Positions 58,151 through 64,000 of a stretch of 64,000 nucleotides of DNA are shown in pieces. Under the pieces are notes generated by a model. That model had not been told where the DNA came from and ran no database searches. It worked only from the letters and a program-made list of their open reading frames with translations. Each line of letters begins with the position of its first letter. The first letter of the stretch is position 1. The stretch lies in assembly GCA_010909165.1 (NCBI GenBank), contig VJWM01000025.1, positions 310,001-374,000 on the forward strand, given 5' to 3'. Source of the stretch: Anthoceros angustus. Lineage: Eukaryota; Plantae; Anthocerotophyta. The position numbers and the translations under genes were made by a program.

Positions 58151-60526
58151 CTAATGCCGATCCCCACATGAACAAGATCCGTCCACAAAGCGGTGTACGC
58201 GGTGGGCATCTCTAACGATGATGTCTCGCTGTTCAAGTCGTGACATGATCTTGGTGCTGCTGTGGCAGTCATTGCACATGCGAAGATTCTTGGTGACCAG
58301 CAACGTTGTGCCATCAGGAGTATTGAGAAGACCATACGCTAAGGCCAGTTTCTCTGCATGTCCACACAAGGAATCCTCCTTCTCCTGCTCAGACACCGCC
58401 TTGAGCACTAAGGATGTTTGTGGCACATGCCCTCCTTCCTCCTTCAACCTTGCGTTCACGCTCTTCAGCTTGGGTGATATATCAGCCCTCACTTCTCCAA
58501 CGGTGAACTCATGCACCATGCTCTTCACCTCGATGCATGCTTTTGCCGGCTTCTTCCAAGCACCTGCACCTCTTCTCCATCTTTCTACTTCTTCCATATC
58601 CTCCCATCTGCCAGCATTTGCGTAAATGTTGCCCATGAGAACATAAGACGCGGCGTTGTCAGGTTCCAGTTCCACCAGGCGGTCAAAACAAAGCTTTCCC
58701 CGCTTGAGGTCACCATGCATCTTGCAGGCATTGAGCAAACATCTCCATCCCACCACATAACTTTGGAATGTCATAGTTTCCAGAATATCTTCTGCCTCCT
58801 CCAGGCGGCCCGATCGCGCAAGCAAGTCCACCATACAATTCCGGTGGCTTTCAGTTACCACAATCCCATATTCCTCCACCATAACTCTAAAGAACTGCTG
58901 GCCCTCATGCACTAAGCCCTCGTGACTGCATGCCACTAGAAGAGTCAGAAAAGTAGTGTCATCCGGTTCCACACCCTCTCTGCGCATCTCCCGGAAACCT
59001 TGCATGGCCATTTCACCATTCCCATGTTGAGCATACCCATTGAGTAGAGCATTCCATGTCACCACATCTCTTCTGGGCATGCTGTGAAACACAGAAGAAG
59101 CATCATTCAGGCTCCCACATTTGCAGTACATGTCAACCAAGCCGTTCCCAATCCCCATATCCGCTCCAAGTCCTCTTTGCTGAATATGTGCATGGAGCCG
59201 CTTTCCCTGGTGCAGAGCCCCAACACTGGCGCATGCTTGAAGGAGGCACAGATACGTCACACGACTGGGTTCAGTCACTGCCTCCTCCACCATTCTAGCG
59301 TACAGAGCAAGGGCTTGTTGGCCGAGACCAAGCTGGGAATATCCTGCAATGATAGCATTCCATGACACCACATCCTTCACAACCAATCCATCAAACACTC
59401 CTCGTGCATGCTCCAAGCTCCCACACTTGGCATACATGTCCACCAGGCTATTCGCGACCAGCAAATCAGCTTGGAGCCCCATCCTGGCAATCTCTGCATG
59501 CAGCTCCTGGCCCGAAAGCAAAGAGTCTGACCCAATGCCGGCACAGGCTTTCAAAAGGCATGCAAAGGTAACCCTGTCCGGTGGACCGATACCCAGCTCG
59601 CGCATGCCCGCATACAGGGATAGAGCCTCTCGACCCATACCCTGCTCCGCATAGCCATTGATCATGGCAGTCCATGTCACCACATCTCTGGTGGACAAGC
59701 CATCAAACACCCGGCGGGCCTCGCACAAGCTCCCGCATTTGGCATACATGTGCACCAGGCTGTTACCCACAAACACATTCTCTTCCACAGCACTAGCTGC
59801 TGCCCGAATATGAGCATGCACCTCCTTGCCTGCATCCAGGTCCCCTACAGAAGCACAAGCTTTGAGCACTGCCATGAAGATGTGGCTGTCGGGCTGCAAC
59901 CCTGATTGTCGCATCTGTCGATACAGGGTGATGGCCTGCGAGGGCTGGCCGTGTCGGGCATGAGCTAAAATGATGGAGCACCACATGTGGGCGTTGGGGG
60001 CAGCGGCCTCGGCGAACACCTGGACTGCATCCTCCAGTGCGCCATGAGAAGCATACATGGAGATGAACTGATTGGCCAGGAAAGCGTCAGAACCATAGCC
60101 ACTGGAGAGGGCAAGCCCATGGACGCGCCTAGCACAAACAAGATCCTTGCGTGCCATGCATCTCCTGAGGAGACGGTAGAAGATGGTGAGCGTGACATGA
60201 CACCCTCGCTGCACCAGGACATCCAATGAGTCCACAGCGTCGGCCAGCTGGGCCGCCTCTTCCCAGTGTTTGCTCATAGTGCGTTCCTGAGTATCCCACC
60301 AGGCTACCTGCTTGTAAGACGTCTCGTGGAGCCATGGCGACTCCTTCTGCTTGGCGCTGCTATGCCTCAAGACAAGATGGAGGGCAGATTTCTCTATCGG
60401 CGTTGCAACTTGATGGGCACAAGAGAAGCTGCCTGGGCCATCTAGCTCGCCTTGTGGGCAAATGCAAGTGCAACTGCGGAGCACAAATCCATCGCCCACG
60501 TGCTTCACCGTCACCATACCTGGCAT
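58151..60526 (-). CDS. PLS-class PPR protein with E1/E2 and KP-type DYW-like domain (ends DRH)
   Basis: Intact 791-aa ORF; WKKPAKACIEV...GHVPQT..CGHAEKLALAYG...CNDCHS...VRDAHRVHRF..GSCSCGDRH. Confidence 0.93.
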   Translation of the reverse strand: MPGMVTVKHVGDGFVLRSCTCICPQGELDGPGSFSCAHQVATPIEKSALHLVLRHSSAKQKESPWLHETSYKQVAWWDTQERTMSKHWEEAAQLADAVDSLDVLVQRGCHVTLTIFYRLLRRCMARKDLVCARRVHGLALSSGYGSDAFLANQFISMYASHGALEDAVQVFAEAAAPNAHMWCSIILAHARHGQPSQAITLYRQMRQSGLQPDSHIFMAVLKACASVGDLDAGKEVHAHIRAAASAVEENVFVGNSLVHMYAKCGSLCEARRVFDGLSTRDVVTWTAMINGYAEQGMGREALSLYAGMRELGIGPPDRVTFACLLKACAGIGSDSLLSGQELHAEIARMGLQADLLVANSLVDMYAKCGSLEHARGVFDGLVVKDVVSWNAIIAGYSQLGLGQQALALYARMVEEAVTEPSRVTYLCLLQACASVGALHQGKRLHAHIQQRGLGADMGIGNGLVDMYCKCGSLNDASSVFHSMPRRDVVTWNALLNGYAQHGNGEMAMQGFREMRREGVEPDDTTFLTLLVACSHEGLVHEGQQFFRVMVEEYGIVVTESHRNCMVDLLARSGRLEEAEDILETMTFQSYVVGWRCLLNACKMHGDLKRGKLCFDRLVELEPDNAASYVLMGNIYANAGRWEDMEEVERWRRGAGAWKKPAKACIEVKSMVHEFTVGEVRADISPKLKSVNARLKEEGGHVPQTSLVLKAVSEQEKEDSLCGHAEKLALAYGLLNTPDGTTLLVTKNLRMCNDCHSSTKIMSRLEQRDIIVRDAHRVHRFVDGSCSCGDRH

Positions 60527-60589
60527 CGAAGCCGCCTACTCTTGGTCCCATCCTACTCCGCTAGAAGCTTGTAGCCAGAATTTGTTTTC

Positions 60590-63500
60590 TCCGTATTGAC
60601 CGAATTTGGTAGCAATCAAGGTTTGGTAGTCTCAGCCTGCGCCGAAGACCCTACCAGTAGAAAATGGATGACTCCATCCAAGAATGATGACAGTGTACCT
60701 CGACTCAGAATTATCCCTCCATTATTATTTATGTATAACCTGACCGAATTTGGTAGCAATCAAGGTTTGGTAGTCTCATCTATGGAATATCGATCTCGTC
60801 ACTAAGCCGGGGTGTGTGTGACAAGTTTTTTTCTTCCGGTATTCTACATAAAGATGCCTGCGCATCTTTAAGATTCTTTCATCACATACGCGCCACATCA
60901 ACGGACGACGGGCCGTAGGCGCCACAAAGTTCTTTTGTCTCAGAACTTGCCCCCTCGTGTTCCGATCTCGTCATCCACTTTTCTTTCTGCCATTTAGGGT
61001 TTATGTCAAACACACATACTCATGTTTAGGGTTTTCCTGCACCACACATGGACATATATATCGGATCGGACATGTCTCGGCCCCGGTGGAAGCCCCCGAC
61101 TGTGGGCATGCTAGTCGTTCAAGACTGCGTTTCCCTTTCACCGTCGCGTGGCCCCGGATGTTAGCCTCGAACATGCTCGATCCGGTGTGTTCATCCTTTG
61201 GCTGTATGGCTACCAATGCAATCGCCGACGCCGGTAGCGCGAGGCATACATGGCGCCTCCAGGCTATCAGCCACAAAGGCCTGTATGGCTGCGAAAGGCA
61301 GTGGCGCTCGGCGCCGATGGCTCCTCCAAGCTATCTGCCATAAAGGCACAGTGACGGTTTCCTTATGGCAACCAGCGGCGGATGGGGTCATGCGAATGGA
61401 TGTGCGATGGCCCATGCCACAGCCCTAAAAGAAAACCTTGTGTGTCAAAACCTAAAAGAATCTTCACACAACACCACGAGCTTAGTAGCGAGATCGGACA
61501 CGATGGGCGCCCGCCGATGTCGTCAAGTGTGACATCAGAGTTTTCCGCCGTATGCGGCGAAAACTCTTTGTCACCATCGAAAAAAACCCTAAAGGGCTTC
61601 CTAACGAGATCGGTATTCCATACTCATCTTGCGCCGAAGACCTACCATTGATATGGAGTAGAAAATGGATGACTCCATCCAAGAATGATGCCAGTGTGTA
61701 CCTCGACTGGTGCCTACACATCGATGGAGTTAATGCACCCACGGCCGTGCGATGCGGTTGTGCCAGCCTTACGGTAGTGCCAAAGCCATTCCCTTCGCCA
61801 ACGACGGCCTTACGGTTCTCATCCTCCGTCCGTGAGTGAACCGTTGTGTACACCAGCAGGCTATTCCGCGGTGTGGCGGTGCGGGCATCACGCGATAGTA
61901 AACCATGCGCCAATTACGCTTACAATACCTAGCTTCGTGGCAACCACCATTAACCCTAATGTTCATTCAAGCGATTGCCCAAATTCACGTCGCTATGTTC
62001 AAAGTTTCTTACCGACCAAAGGGGTTGATTAGGCCGATGATCTTACTTGTCAAGGCGCTTTGATTGAGCTTAGTGTACATGGATCGTCGAGTGCAAAAAT
62101 TTTGAGGAGTGGCCTCGGGATACACCATTCGTGGTGCAATTGCCTAAACACGGACACTTCTCACCGCAGATTTGGAGTGGGTGTGCTCCTCTCGAGCCAT
62201 TCAAATGGGTACATAGGCATCGGATGATTCGTGTTGCTCACATCTTGATGGACAGTGGTGGACTTTGTATGGTATGAGCGCAAACAAAGAGCATCCAACA
62301 AATTTCTATAAGAAGGATTCAAAGGGACCCAATAAGCTCTTGAAACCTATAACACCGCTGCCCAATACGCCCTTTCCTACGAGGTACCATCGATTTTTTC
62401 CGTTGACTTTAAGCGGTAGTCTTCACTTCACCTTATCTTACATGTGGCACTCAGGCAGACAATGACTTGTGGGATTTAGGGTAGCCTTACTTATCGCCAT
62501 GTGAGGCGGCTGCTCGTTCGAGCGTTACGGCGTCTTGGTGTTCATATGGGCCCGAGGATTTTCGACAATCTAGTCCTCAAGGCCTCTTAAGTGTTCAAAC
62601 AAATAAGTGCAAAAATTGCGAGGAGAGAGTGTGAAGCATGGATGTCAAGCTAACTTTCGTGTAAAGCGATTATTCTTTGTGGCCCATGGTTAGATTGGCT
62701 TGTATGAAGACAATCATCTTGATTTGGGGCTGCTATTTGTCATGGTTCCGCTTACAGCTGCCTCGAGATGTTCGAGCAGCTTTCTCATGAGAAGAAGGAG
62801 TGGGTCCGCTTGCTTTGCAAGGTGTCCGTCGATGAAATTATGTGTCGACACAAGGATGCTGTGTTCATGAAGGTAAATAATTCAGCAGAGCCATGCGAAC
62901 ACGTTAGAGATGACTACATGTTACGGCAAGATGTTTTGAACATTGCTTCTCAGTTGGATATAGGTGAATACAAGCTTCATGTTGATGATTGCACCTCTGT
63001 TTCCATGTTGATGACCCTACCATTGATCACGAGTAGAAAATGGATGACTCCATCCAAGAATGATGACAGTGTGTACCTCGACTCAGTGCCTACACATCGA
63101 TGGAAGTTAACATTATGCAACCTCAAGGAAGCTAATAAGAGCTATATAATATGACAGATACAAGTGTGCCAAAGCCATTCCCTTCGCCAACGACGCGGCC
63201 TTACGTTCTCATCCTCCGTCGGAAATTTTGAACCGTTGTGTACACCACAGGCTATATTGCGGTGTGGCGGTGCGGGCATCACGCGATAGTAAACCATGCG
63301 CCAATTACGCTTACAATACCTAGCTTCGTGGCAACCACCATTAACCCTAATGTTCATTCAAGCGATTGCCCAAATTCACGTCGCTATGTTCAAAGTTTAC
63401 TTCGTGACCAAAGGGGTTGATTAGGCCGATGATCTTACTTGTCAAGGGCAGCTTTGATTGAGCTTAGTGTACATGGATCGTACCGAGTGCAAAAATTTTG

Positions 63501-64000
63501 AGGAGTGGCCTCGGGATACACCATTCGTGGTGCAATTGCCTAAACCTGGACACTTCTCAGCTGCAGATTTGGAGTGGGTGTGCTCCTCTCAGAGCCATTC
63601 GAAATGGGTACATAGGCATCAGCGGATGATTCGTGTTGCTCACATCTTGATGGACAGAGTGGTGGACTTTGTAGCTGGTATGAGCGCAAACAAAGAGCAT
63701 CCAACAAATTTCTATAAGAAGGATTCAAAGGGACCCAATAAGCTCTTGAAACCTATAAAAATCATACACCCTTTCCTACGAGGTACCATCCGATTTTTTC
63801 CGTTGACTTTAAGCGGTAGTCTTCACTTCACCTTATCTTACATGTGGCACAGACAATGACTTGTGGGATTTAGGGTAGCCTTACTTATCGCCATGTGAGG
63901 CGGCTGCTCGTTCGAGCGTTACGGCGTCTTGGTGTTCATATGGGCCCGAGGATTTTCGACAATCTAGTCCTCAAGGCCTCTTAAGTGTTCAAACAGCGAA
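60590..64000 (+). mobile_element. Degenerate MULE/SWIM-type transposase-related sequence with an internal ~960-bp duplication (61641-62601 vs 63016-63995)
   Basis: Fragments WCSYGPEDF, ESVKHGCQANFRVKRL, H.D..CHG, VSVDEIM..H, RDDYMLRQDV.N..Y.LH.DD..SV resemble the At4g13970-like SWIM/MULE family; many indels. Confidence 0.6.

Noticed and set aside
1-64000. tRNA, rRNA or snRNA genes; a metabolic gene cluster
   Set aside because: No cloverleaf or rRNA signature was seen by eye, and neighbouring enzymes have unrelated functions. tRNAscan-SE or Infernal would be needed to exclude small RNA genes.

Overview
Gene-dense (about 16 protein genes in 64 kb) land-plant nuclear DNA with mostly short (about 70-110 nt) GT-AG introns. 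It is most likely from a hornwort; this is inferred from the compact gene structure and the variant RNA-editing PPR types. The main feature is four dispersed PLS-class PPR genes plus one PPR relic. Three carry the non-canonical 'KP' deaminase-like tail (KPAKAxIE...CGHAEKLA...CxxCHS, ending DRP, DVQ or DRH), the clade associated with reverse U-to-C organellar editing. One is a truncated 'WW' type. A WW gene and a KP gene share a ~420-bp conserved upstream module. Housekeeping genes: complex I small subunit, GAT1_2.1-like amidotransferase, ZIFL-like MFS transporter, CoA Nudix hydrolase, GDSL lipase, organellar ThrRS, GC3/4 golgin, cyanobacterial-type kinase, SWEET, a GIL1/IRKI-like protein, TIC110, OTU3 and RPP30. 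Accessory material: a decayed bacterial/fungal-type gene (possible horizontal transfer), three remnants of an RLE-type (CRE-like) non-LTR retroelement, a processed SMC3 pseudogene, a decayed MULE/SWIM-type element with a ~1-kb duplication, and several tandem repeats. Small-indel frameshifts in otherwise intact genes suggest residual long-read assembly errors. All calls come from reading motifs by eye; no database searches were run.
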